Below the pieces are notes generated by a model that saw nothing but the letters and a program-made list of their open reading frames with translations, ran no database searches and was not told the origin of the DNA. The translations under genes and the position numbers were made by a program. DNA of 36,828 nucleotides from an archaeon (GTDB lineage: Archaea; Asgardarchaeota; Thorarchaeia; Thorarchaeales; Thorarchaeaceae), in assembly GCA_024276825.1 (NCBI GenBank), contig JAJRWI010000049.1, positions 1 to 36,828 on the forward strand, read 5' to 3'. Position 1 is the stretch's first letter; each line of letters opens with the position of its first letter. Shown in pieces: positions 26,618 to 34,875 of this stretch.

Positions 26618-27244
26618 ATGACTTGGAGAGAGATTGCTGAGAGTCTGCTTTCACCAATTGAAGAGAGTATATTGCAGGCCTTTGGCAATGCGTTCATAGA
26701 GTTTGAAGATGCGGTATATCACAAGTTTCTCCAGATGTCAATAGAACATTCACTGATTCAGCAGGACCAGTTCAGAAAGTATCTTCTTGAGATGGAAGCC
26801 AAAGGATATCTTGCCCCAGTTGAGTTTCAGGGGCGAAAAGCATGGCGAAGACTAGTAATTACTACAGATATAGATTATAGTGAGATTCCCATGGATGAAC
26901 TGGACAAGTGGGTTCAGAGAGCAGCACAACCACGAAGGAAGGTTTCCAGACAAAGGAGCATGGAACATCTTGTCACTGACACACAGACAATTGCAGAGGA
27001 CATTCTAATAGCAATGAAGAACATTGTGAAATACAGTAAACGCAAGGGGATTCATGTTGATGAATATGTTCGAGAACATATACGGAATATGCAGGAGGCA
27101 CTCATGCAGTCAGATGACAAATTGCTTGACTATGTTCAAAAAGAACTTCCTGCTCTCCTGCCATCAATTAAACAGATCTTAAGAACAAGGGGGACTGATT
27201 TCCTATTACTCAGCCTAAGAGTGATATCATCATATACTAGCTGA
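26618..27244 (+). CDS. Hypothetical protein (paralogue A; possible winged helix plus helical domain)
   Basis: 208-aa ORF with GAGGTG SD; aligns end-to-end with the next gene. Confidence 0.8.
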   Translation: MTWREIAESLLSPIEESILQAFGNAFIEFEDAVYHKFLQMSIEHSLIQQDQFRKYLLEMEAKGYLAPVEFQGRKAWRRLVITTDIDYSEIPMDELDKWVQRAAQPRRKVSRQRSMEHLVTDTQTIAEDILIAMKNIVKYSKRKGIHVDEYVREHIRNMQEALMQSDDKLLDYVQKELPALLPSIKQILRTRGTDFLLLSLRVISSYTS

Positions 27245-27300
27245 AAGACTTAAAGAAAACTAGCAACATCATTTTAGTGTGGCTTAGCGAGGTGATCTGG

Positions 27301-27939
27301 GTGAATGATGTCAGAGTTCCAGAAGACATTGAGAAAGAGCTTGAACTTGAAATAATCAGGTCATTTGGTTCTGCACTTATTGAGTTCGAGGAGGTTCTGT
27401 TCCAAAAAGTATTGATCACCTCTGCAAGAATGCTGATAACAAGAGAGATGTTCTCAAAAAAGCTGGAAGAGATGACAGAATTAGGATATGTAGTACCAAT
27501 GACATTCCATGGGATGAAGTGCTGGAAGAAGCTGGTAGATGAAGAAGAGATTGAGATGCGAATGCTGCAGCCCGATGAGATTCATTCAATTCTTGAGAGA
27601 GGCCATTCAATGGTGATGATGAAGAATGATAGACCAAGTTCCAGTGACAGCCTTGTTACTGAGACCCGGTATCTCGCTAAAGACATTCTTCACATGATAA
27701 GGGTGAAATTATTCAAGGGAAATGAGGAGGATATTGAAACTCGTAAGAAATTGTTCAATTATTTTCGGGATATGCGACGTGCTCTTGCAGAATCTGAGGG
27801 AAAATTCATGGACTACATCCAAAGTGAGCTCCCATTATTATATGAGCAGTTCGAGATAATGCTCAGGGCAAAGGGAGCAGACCGACTGTTGCCAGCACTA
27901 AGAATTGTAGAGCTTGGTCTTATTGATGAGGCTCAATAA
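27301..27939 (+). CDS. Hypothetical protein (paralogue B)
   Basis: GTG 27301 follows a GAGGTGA SD; shares FG.A.IEFE, L.EM...GY..P..F.G.K.W..LV and LVT.T...A.DIL blocks with the upstream gene. Confidence 0.8.
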   Translation: MNDVRVPEDIEKELELEIIRSFGSALIEFEEVLFQKVLITSARMLITREMFSKKLEEMTELGYVVPMTFHGMKCWKKLVDEEEIEMRMLQPDEIHSILERGHSMVMMKNDRPSSSDSLVTETRYLAKDILHMIRVKLFKGNEEDIETRKKLFNYFRDMRRALAESEGKFMDYIQSELPLLYEQFEIMLRAKGADRLLPALRIVELGLIDEAQ

Positions 27940-29009
27940 TTACGTTTAACGAGAAATTCCGAGATATCAAGCAGAAACTGCTTATACTTTGGTATCAGTG
28001 GAGGATTCGCAGTATCCAAAGCTGATTGGCCATCATGTAACAATTGGTTCATAATCTTCTGTGATATTTCCAATGCACCACATTCATTCAACACATCACG
28101 CACTTGATCCACTTCTTTGGGCGCAATATCACTCTTCCCAAGAAAGGAGTCGAGTATCTGGTGTTGTTCTTCATTGGCAAGTCTGTAAGCTTGAATCACA
28201 AGCATTGTCTTCTTGCCCTCACGAATGTCGCCATCAGTTGGCTTTCCAGTCACCTTTTCATCGCCAAAAGTACCCAGAATATCATCTTGGACTTGGAACG
28301 CCTGCCCGACCTTCTTGCCAAATGTACTCAACGCCTGAAGTTGCGATTCCGTGGCTCTAGCCATAGTTGCACCCATGAGCAAGGCATGTTCGAACAACAC
28401 TGCTGTCTTCATGTATATCATTTGAAGATATAACTCAGGAGTGACATCTTTTGATGATACCATTGAAAGTTCAAGTAATACGCCCTCCACAAGGTTTTGA
28501 AAGCCAAGTTGATAATATGACAGACATTTCATTCCGATATCATCAGGCAGGTCAGATTGTGTTAGCATTTGTGCGCCCATATTAATGAGGGCATCACCAC
28601 CAAGGATTGCAAGTGCCATTCCAAAGTCTTCGGCTTTGGCAGGATCAGGCTTCACATTGTTGCTGAACCAGTTTCTATACACAACATGAAATGTTGGACC
28701 TCCTCTTCTAGACTCATCATGATCAATAAGGTCATCATGCAACAGAGACCCATTGTGAAGCAATTCCAAGGCCAGTGCTGCCTGATACAACTTCTCGAGT
28801 TCAACGACCTCCTTAATGGTCTTGTATCCCACAGTTATGAGTGTGGGTCGCAGTCTCTTTCCCCCACGCATTATGTATTCGCGAATATTGTCGTAGAATG
28901 TGCGAGTAACGGGACTTAGAGAAGCGGCAGCTTCCATTTTCTCTTGGAAATACGAGTTCAAAGCCTGCTCAATTAGTGCTATCTCTTCTTTCAAAATGTC
29001 CTTCATCAC
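27933..29009 (-). CDS. All-trans polyprenyl diphosphate synthase
   Basis: GGKRLRP, FARM LLHDDLID...RRG, GDAL, KTA, SARM FQVQDDIL, GDIREGKKT. Confidence 0.93.
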   Translation of the reverse strand: MMKDILKEEIALIEQALNSYFQEKMEAAASLSPVTRTFYDNIREYIMRGGKRLRPTLITVGYKTIKEVVELEKLYQAALALELLHNGSLLHDDLIDHDESRRGGPTFHVVYRNWFSNNVKPDPAKAEDFGMALAILGGDALINMGAQMLTQSDLPDDIGMKCLSYYQLGFQNLVEGVLLELSMVSSKDVTPELYLQMIYMKTAVLFEHALLMGATMARATESQLQALSTFGKKVGQAFQVQDDILGTFGDEKVTGKPTDGDIREGKKTMLVIQAYRLANEEQHQILDSFLGKSDIAPKEVDQVRDVLNECGALEISQKIMNQLLHDGQSALDTANPPLIPKYKQFLLDISEFLVKRNY

Positions 29010-29165
29010 ACATGGTCTCCTGATTCCTATAATGCAATGACCGCTTGCCTTTTTAGAGTTTCTAAGAGAAATTAGAACACGTGTTCAAATAATGTCTAAT
29101 TAGGAGCTTATTGAGGAAAGAGAACATGTAAGATTAATTAGAGAGATGGAGTCAGGCGTGAGACT

Positions 29166-30080
29166 CTAGAGGTATAGTACACCCTTCATTGTACATATGG
29201 CTGTTCCGCTAACCTTGACCTGCTTGATCTCCTCTTGGCTACCAATGACCTCAACAAAGACCTTGCCAGGTCGATTAACGAAGTGCCCCTGTTCAATGAC
29301 AATGCTTGTTACCTGATTTGTAGAGTCCATTATTCCTTGCTTGACAAGATAGCAGGCCATTGCCCCAGCACCAGAACCTGAAACAGGGTCCTCATAAACA
29401 CCCAACGCAGGCGCAAAATGTCTGACATGCGCATCAGAGGTGACCTCCAAGGTTTCTCTTGAGAACACCTGAATTGAGACATAATCAGCATCCTTGCGTA
29501 ACTCATCCAGCCTTTTCCAATTGGGTTGCATCTTCTCCAATGCCTTCATGGAAGCAACGGGGATCATCAGATGGGGAGTCCCGACACTGACCGTCTGAAT
29601 AGGATTTGGAGAGAGAATATCAGCAAGGCTTAGTCCTAGGGCCTCAGCATATTCTTTGGGATCATACGTTCTAAGAAACTGTGGCTTTTCATGAGTGATC
29701 TGAATCTCAGGATTTCCTGTTGTTTCGTTCTTTACTATTTCAATCTGCAGTAGACCAGAACTGGTTTCCAGACTAAACATTGTGACATCATTGATCAATT
29801 CAGCACGGCCCATCTTTACAAGGGCATGAAATGCTGCTATCGTGGGATGTCCAGAGAAGTCAATCTCATTCTTGGGAGTAAAGAAACGGAATTTGAAATC
29901 CGCGACATCTGAACCGGACACAAAGACTGTTTCCAGAGCATTTGTTTCTCGTGCAATCTTGTGAAGGGTTTCGTCACTCAAAAAATCAGCATCAAGTACC
30001 ACTACTGCAGGATTACCACCAAAGGGTGTATCAGTGAATGCATCCACTTGTACAACTGTAAGCTCACGTCGCGATCTCAA
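29166..30080 (-). CDS. PhzF family isomerase (DAP-epimerase fold)
   Basis: VDAFTDTPFGGNPAVVV, ETVF, RFFTPKNEIDFSGHPT, EDPVSGS, IEQG...RPG. Confidence 0.9.
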   Translation of the reverse strand: MRSRRELTVVQVDAFTDTPFGGNPAVVVLDADFLSDETLHKIARETNALETVFVSGSDVADFKFRFFTPKNEIDFSGHPTIAAFHALVKMGRAELINDVTMFSLETSSGLLQIEIVKNETTGNPEIQITHEKPQFLRTYDPKEYAEALGLSLADILSPNPIQTVSVGTPHLMIPVASMKALEKMQPNWKRLDELRKDADYVSIQVFSRETLEVTSDAHVRHFAPALGVYEDPVSGSGAGAMACYLVKQGIMDSTNQVTSIVIEQGHFVNRPGKVFVEVIGSQEEIKQVKVSGTAICTMKGVLYL

Positions 30081-30167
30081 GGTTCACACCATGAAAAAAA
30101 ATGGTGTTCTTCCTAAATAAACATCGCATATGGTAGTGTGGATTTCCATTAAATTCTCTTAAAATGT

Positions 30168-30308
30168 GGAACAGATAAGGTGACGGACCCGCGGGAATCG
30201 TGGTAGGAGGGGGGAGTTTCGTAATTGAGGGCATGTAACGAAAAACAGCCCGCAGGTCCGTCTTTATGGGCATTTCCTTCAACTACGACTTGCCCGCCTA
30301 TCCCATCC
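30168..30308. ncRNA. Candidate structured non-coding RNA of unknown family
   Basis: GC-rich island in an AT-rich intergenic region. Stem 30182-30195/30249-30262 (13 of 14 Watson-Crick), inner stem 30217-30222/30238-30243, stem 30268-30272/30291-30295, and loop-loop complementarity. Confidence 0.5.
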
Positions 30309-30450
30309 AGTGAACTCATCTTTCTTATTAAGATTTCCATAACAATGTAATTTAGTTATGTATTATATTAATTAAAGTGTATTAAAATGATTTGCGATGT
30401 ATAATTAAAGTTAATTTATTACCTTTTTTTTTCGCAAATATGGATGCTTT

Positions 30451-31665
30451 TCAAGAATTATTCAATCTACTCGAAACAACCTGCCTTATGATTGAAGGGA
30501 GTTCACGAGGAATCCTTCTTACCACAGTTGAGGGAATATCAGAATATCTAATCTCACCACGAGCAACCATAGCCATAATCTCATTTGCCAGATGATGACC
30601 CCTCGCACGTGAGAGCAAGAACTCCGCAAAATCAATCCCTCTGGATGCGGCCCAACCAGCCATATGAAAATGATCTGAGAACTCCCTCTTGCAAGTCCTG
30701 TCATACTCAGAGAGATATGCCTTATCAAGCCTTCCAGCCTCAATCGCCTTTGAGGCGATTCGAGCAGCAATCAGACCCGATTTCATGGCATACGCAATTC
30801 CTTCGCCCATCATTGGATCTATGAAGCCTGCAGCATCACCTGCAAGAATGATACGGTCTGCCACATTTTCATTTAGAACTCCAGTGCCATCAAGAAAATG
30901 TGTCCTACGCTTCTCAATCTTTAACGTGATTCCAAGACGCTTCTCTGTAGACCTACAAAACTCATCAAATATGTCACGTAGAGGGTGCATGTGAATGGCA
31001 GCACCGGCAACACCTATTGCAAGATGATCACGCTTTGGGAAGACCCAGCCATAACTGATCCTGCCTCTCGCAGGCCGGATATCGAGGATATATGGACGCC
31101 CACCAGTGGCCATGATTACCCCATCTTCGCCCACATAAAAGTCGGACTCCATTCCAAGACCAACTTCTTCGGGAGGCTTTCGTTCGGGTCTTAGACCCTG
31201 TGACCTCGCAACCTGACTCTTCACCCCATCCGCACCAATAATCAGGGAGGACTTGATGGAACGACCGTCCTTGAGGATTACCTCGCCATAATCACTATGT
31301 ACAATCACATCGCTCACTCGTGAACCTTCTGCAAATTCAGTACCAAAATCAATTGCCTGATGTGCAAGAAATGAGTCAAACTCTGCCCTGTCTACCGTGA
31401 TTCCCATGAGTTTCTTAGCTACAAATTCAGCCTCACTGCCATTAGGGAACCCAAAACGAAGACCATGGATTGGTCTCTGAATAATATCCTTCGGTATGTG
31501 TCCCTTGATCAGCTTTAACCCACGAAACATCACAGCCCCGCCGCATGGTTTCTCTCGTGGAAGGTGCTCCTTCTCAATAAGCAGCGTATTGAGACCATGT
31601 CTGGCACATTCCCTTGCGGCTATGCTTCCAGCAGGCCCCGCCCCGACCACAATAACATCATACAT
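30451..31665 (-). CDS. Geranylgeranyl reductase family FAD oxidoreductase
   Basis: YDVIVVGAGPAG, REKPCGG, DRAEFD, GADGVKS, YGWVFPK, GDAAGFIDPMMGEGIAYAM. Confidence 0.9.
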   Translation of the reverse strand: MYDVIVVGAGPAGSIAARECARHGLNTLLIEKEHLPREKPCGGAVMFRGLKLIKGHIPKDIIQRPIHGLRFGFPNGSEAEFVAKKLMGITVDRAEFDSFLAHQAIDFGTEFAEGSRVSDVIVHSDYGEVILKDGRSIKSSLIIGADGVKSQVARSQGLRPERKPPEEVGLGMESDFYVGEDGVIMATGGRPYILDIRPARGRISYGWVFPKRDHLAIGVAGAAIHMHPLRDIFDEFCRSTEKRLGITLKIEKRRTHFLDGTGVLNENVADRIILAGDAAGFIDPMMGEGIAYAMKSGLIAARIASKAIEAGRLDKAYLSEYDRTCKREFSDHFHMAGWAASRGIDFAEFLLSRARGHHLANEIMAMVARGEIRYSDIPSTVVRRIPRELPSIIRQVVSSRLNNS

Positions 31666-31757
31666 GATGAAATTCCACCTTCCAATTATCAGCACATCAC
31701 ACGAGCCTTAGAAGGGCTAAATGTATATCAAATTAATGTCAAGCGCATTATGAAATC

Positions 31758-31790
31758 AAAAAAGAGAAGGGGGCCATAGCCCCTAAAAAA
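31758..31790 (-). terminator. Hairpin plus U-tract terminator downstream of tes
   Basis: Minus strand TTTTTTA-GGGGC-TATG-GCCCC-CTTCTCTTTTTT. Confidence 0.65.
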
Positions 31791-31793
31791 GAC

Positions 31794-33446
31794 CTATTCC
31801 TTAAACTCGAACGGTTTGGTGAGAGATTCCTCCTCCACTTTGTCCGGCTTATGTTTGGCCCTCCATTCGGATATAGGAATCGCATGCTTCTTCTCAATGC
31901 GCCCTCTATGAATTGTGTTCATTGAACAAAAGGGTATGATCTTACCATCGGGAGCGGCATAATTGATATCACAATGCTGTACACGCTCAAGGTCAAAGTT
32001 GTAGGCATCCTGAAAGTGCATCATTCCAAGCATGATAATTCGTCGCATGAACTTGGCGAGGGAGTCGTAGTCACCGCGATTGAGGAACGCGCTCAAGAGG
32101 TCTTTAAGAATGCCCTTCTTTTTGATGAAACGGATACTGGAGGTAAGTTTGGCCTTGGCACGAGTGCTAGCACCACGTTTCTGATCAGCGAAGAGGTTAG
32201 CTATGTCCTCGAGGAGATGGATGAACTTGTCAATCTCAATAAGGTCAGTGATTGGCTGATAGGATCCGTCCTCATCAATGAACAGGAATGTAGACATTCC
32301 GCAGGCAAAGTGAGAGCTCAGCTCAAGTTCAGGATGGCCCTTCATAAGGCCGAGAGCGCGTCCTACAGGAAGCATGGCAGGTACCGGGTACCAGGCATCA
32401 GCAGGGATCATGCCATCAGTCTGCTCCTCAATGAGATGGATGGCGTCAGGGATTGTGATTCGCATCTGTTCGCGCTCAGAGTAATCAATACGACCAGTAA
32501 TACTGACAGGCTGGAAGTTTACGCAGCGGATCACATCGGAATTCTTGATGGCAAACTTGATGATGTCGCCTAGCTGATCGTCATTCACGCCACGGACTAC
32601 TGTTGGTACGAGAACTATGCTCTCCATTCCCACCTCGCGAGCATGCTGGATTGCCTGAAGTTTTATGGGCAAGAGGTTGGACCCACGAGCTTCAATATAG
32701 GGTTCAGGGGTGACACCATCGAACTGCATGTAAATGGTTGATAGACCAGCATCTCTGAGCTCTTGCAGATATTCTTTGCTCTTTCCAATTCTGATGGCAT
32801 TGCTGGCTATCTGTACATGCTTGAAACCAAGCTCTTTTGCCCAGCGGATGTATTGTGGCAGATACTTGGACACTGTAGGTTCGCCACCTGCAAACTGGAG
32901 AGCGGGAGCTGGAACTGGCAGGTTTGACCTCAGGTTCTTCATCATCTCAAGGATCTCTTCGGGCTCTGGTTCCACAACAGTTCCTGACTCCGCAGCATGT
33001 GCAAAACAGATCGGACATCGCAGGTTGCAACGATTGGTCACATCTATGAGCGCAAGTGCAGTGTGAGACTTGTGTTGCGGACATTGGCCACAGTCTTCAG
33101 GACAGCCCTTGATAGTTTCAGTTCGTGGATTGTCCAGACCTACAGACTTGTACCAATAAGTCATGGCGCGCTTAAACATCTCAGCGTCGCCCCAATAAAC
33201 ATCAATGAACTCCCCGTGAATGTCGCATTTCTTCTTATACATAACTTTGCCATCTTCTTCATATAGAGTGGCTTCAATAACGGTCACTTTGTCATCTTCA
33301 AGCAGACAATCAGGACAGATTGATTGTGTGGTGTATGGAAGTTCTCTGACGGGGTATTTTTCAACATGATATCGTCTAATCCCGCCCTCTGTCTTCTCAT
33401 GTGGAACGGGCTTTTCAGGAATCGGCTTAATTATAATTTCAGTCAT
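31794..33446 (-). CDS. tes: Radical SAM tetraether (GDGT/macrocyclic archaeol) lipid synthase
   Basis: N-terminal SICPDC...KC..HG metal site, GCPEDCGQCPQH auxiliary cluster, VTNRCNLRCPICFA radical SAM motif, GGEPT, and HFQDAYNFDLERVQHC.I.Y..PDG.IIPFC..N. Confidence 0.88.
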   Translation of the reverse strand: MTEIIIKPIPEKPVPHEKTEGGIRRYHVEKYPVRELPYTTQSICPDCLLEDDKVTVIEATLYEEDGKVMYKKKCDIHGEFIDVYWGDAEMFKRAMTYWYKSVGLDNPRTETIKGCPEDCGQCPQHKSHTALALIDVTNRCNLRCPICFAHAAESGTVVEPEPEEILEMMKNLRSNLPVPAPALQFAGGEPTVSKYLPQYIRWAKELGFKHVQIASNAIRIGKSKEYLQELRDAGLSTIYMQFDGVTPEPYIEARGSNLLPIKLQAIQHAREVGMESIVLVPTVVRGVNDDQLGDIIKFAIKNSDVIRCVNFQPVSITGRIDYSEREQMRITIPDAIHLIEEQTDGMIPADAWYPVPAMLPVGRALGLMKGHPELELSSHFACGMSTFLFIDEDGSYQPITDLIEIDKFIHLLEDIANLFADQKRGASTRAKAKLTSSIRFIKKKGILKDLLSAFLNRGDYDSLAKFMRRIIMLGMMHFQDAYNFDLERVQHCDINYAAPDGKIIPFCSMNTIHRGRIEKKHAIPISEWRAKHKPDKVEEESLTKPFEFKE

Positions 33447-33588
33447 TATCTGTTTCTCCTATTGTTTAAATATTGGTCATAATTACCACTGAGCCGAGTG
33501 GTATTGCAGGAGATTCGGGGAAGAATTTGAATATAAGAGTTGTCCGATGAATAAGAGTATGAATTAGTTGTAATATAGCACACGCTTT

Positions 33589-33900
33589 TCAGCCATCGTC
33601 AGGCATTTCTAGCACAAGACCAGAATCAAAACCACCGCGCTCGAGCCGCTTAGATGTCTGAACATCACGAACGGTTTCCCAAGAGATGTTTCTAAATCGG
33701 ATAAGTGCCTCTATGACCTCAAGAATGTCTGCGATCTCTTCGATTGATCCAGATTCTTCAAGCTCCCTCGCCTCTTCTACAATCTTGGCTCTGAGAAAGG
33801 CTTCCAGTTCATCGCCAGAAACCACTCTTACTCTTGGAGTCTGTCCATCCCTCTCAATGATAGAAGGTATCAAGTCCCTAACGAGTTTTTCGCGGACCAT
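33589..33900 (-). CDS. MazG-like/phosphoribosyl-ATP pyrophosphohydrolase-like nucleotide pyrophosphatase
   Basis: KLVRDLIPSII, KIVEEARE, EEIADILEV, KRLERGGF. Confidence 0.85.
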   Translation of the reverse strand: MVREKLVRDLIPSIIERDGQTPRVRVVSGDELEAFLRAKIVEEARELEESGSIEEIADILEVIEALIRFRNISWETVRDVQTSKRLERGGFDSGLVLEMPDDG

Positions 33901-33929
33901 CAGATCACAACAGGGAGTGATAAATGATA

Positions 33930-34601
33930 TCAACGAAAGGCCAATGCGACTTCCACCTGATATCTGGCCTCAACAAGAAAGGCATCGATTGCGGCCTTCA
34001 CATCAGCAGGAATATCTGTTGTCCACACTTCTTCTGCACCGCGGGGCGTGTCAGCAGTCATTGCGGACTTGGGGAGAAATCTTGGGTGAAGTGACGAGTC
34101 AAAGGACACAGAACCAATCCATTCTCCCAGATTCAGGAGTTCATATAGGGGTTGGTACTTCTCCATTTCCTTGCAAGGTATGGCGACCCAGAAGATGGAC
34201 ATCCCTGCAAACTGATCGGGCTGACCAATGCCAATCACATAGCTGTCAAATGTCGCGTTGGCCATCTCGAGGGAATAGAGGATTCCAACTTGGCAGTTCA
34301 AGCACTGATTAAACTCAATACCATCACCAGAGAGCTTTGCATAGGCAATGCCATTCTTCTCGATGTTATTATCATTACAAAGCATACAGAGGTCCATACC
34401 CCAACGGACTTCCATTCTATCTTTAAGAGGGCCCTCCTTGAATCGTCGAACAGCTGCTAGATACTGTTTTCGAAGTTTTTCAGCGCCCTCAACATCAAGG
34501 TGATTGCGAAGCTCTCTCCAGACATCCAACAAGTTCTGCCATTTGACATTGAATATTAGATCCAGAAGACTCTCTGTGGACCTATCATCAAGCGAACTCA
34601 T
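33930..34601 (-). CDS. Hypothetical protein with two CxxC motifs
   Basis: About 223-aa ORF with GAGGT SD before ATG 34601; contains CMLC and CLNC. Confidence 0.65.
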   Translation of the reverse strand: MSSLDDRSTESLLDLIFNVKWQNLLDVWRELRNHLDVEGAEKLRKQYLAAVRRFKEGPLKDRMEVRWGMDLCMLCNDNNIEKNGIAYAKLSGDGIEFNQCLNCQVGILYSLEMANATFDSYVIGIGQPDQFAGMSIFWVAIPCKEMEKYQPLYELLNLGEWIGSVSFDSSLHPRFLPKSAMTADTPRGAEEVWTTDIPADVKAAIDAFLVEARYQVEVALAFR

Positions 34602-34875
34602 ACCTCTCAAACTCCGTTTAGTTCCACATACTTCATGTGGATGTGTTAATTAAGTGTTAATTGGCTGTATCTAAGGCCAAGTTTCCTTAGCCTAAGCTTT
34701 TTAACTGCGACGCTATGAGAACAATACGCTGTCAAAGGTGAAAAGGATGGATTGCCAAATTCGTTAGCACTGGTAATGTGAGGGGCAGTCTGAATTATAC
34801 CTATTCACCACGAACGACAGAGAACACACATCCATTCTGTTTATTGTTGTTAAATTCTGACAGGAGGAGTCTGAG

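Noticed and set aside
30168-30308. Cobalamin riboswitch, tRNA, 5S rRNA or hammerhead assignment for the structured element
   Set aside because: It lacks the B12-box/GCCACUG, cloverleaf/TpsiC, 5S conserved loops and CUGAUGA...GAAA core.
30149-30340. 63-aa minus-strand ORF (and overlapping 72-aa ORF) across the GC-rich intergenic element
   Set aside because: No recognisable motifs; the extensive base-pairing is better explained by RNA structure.
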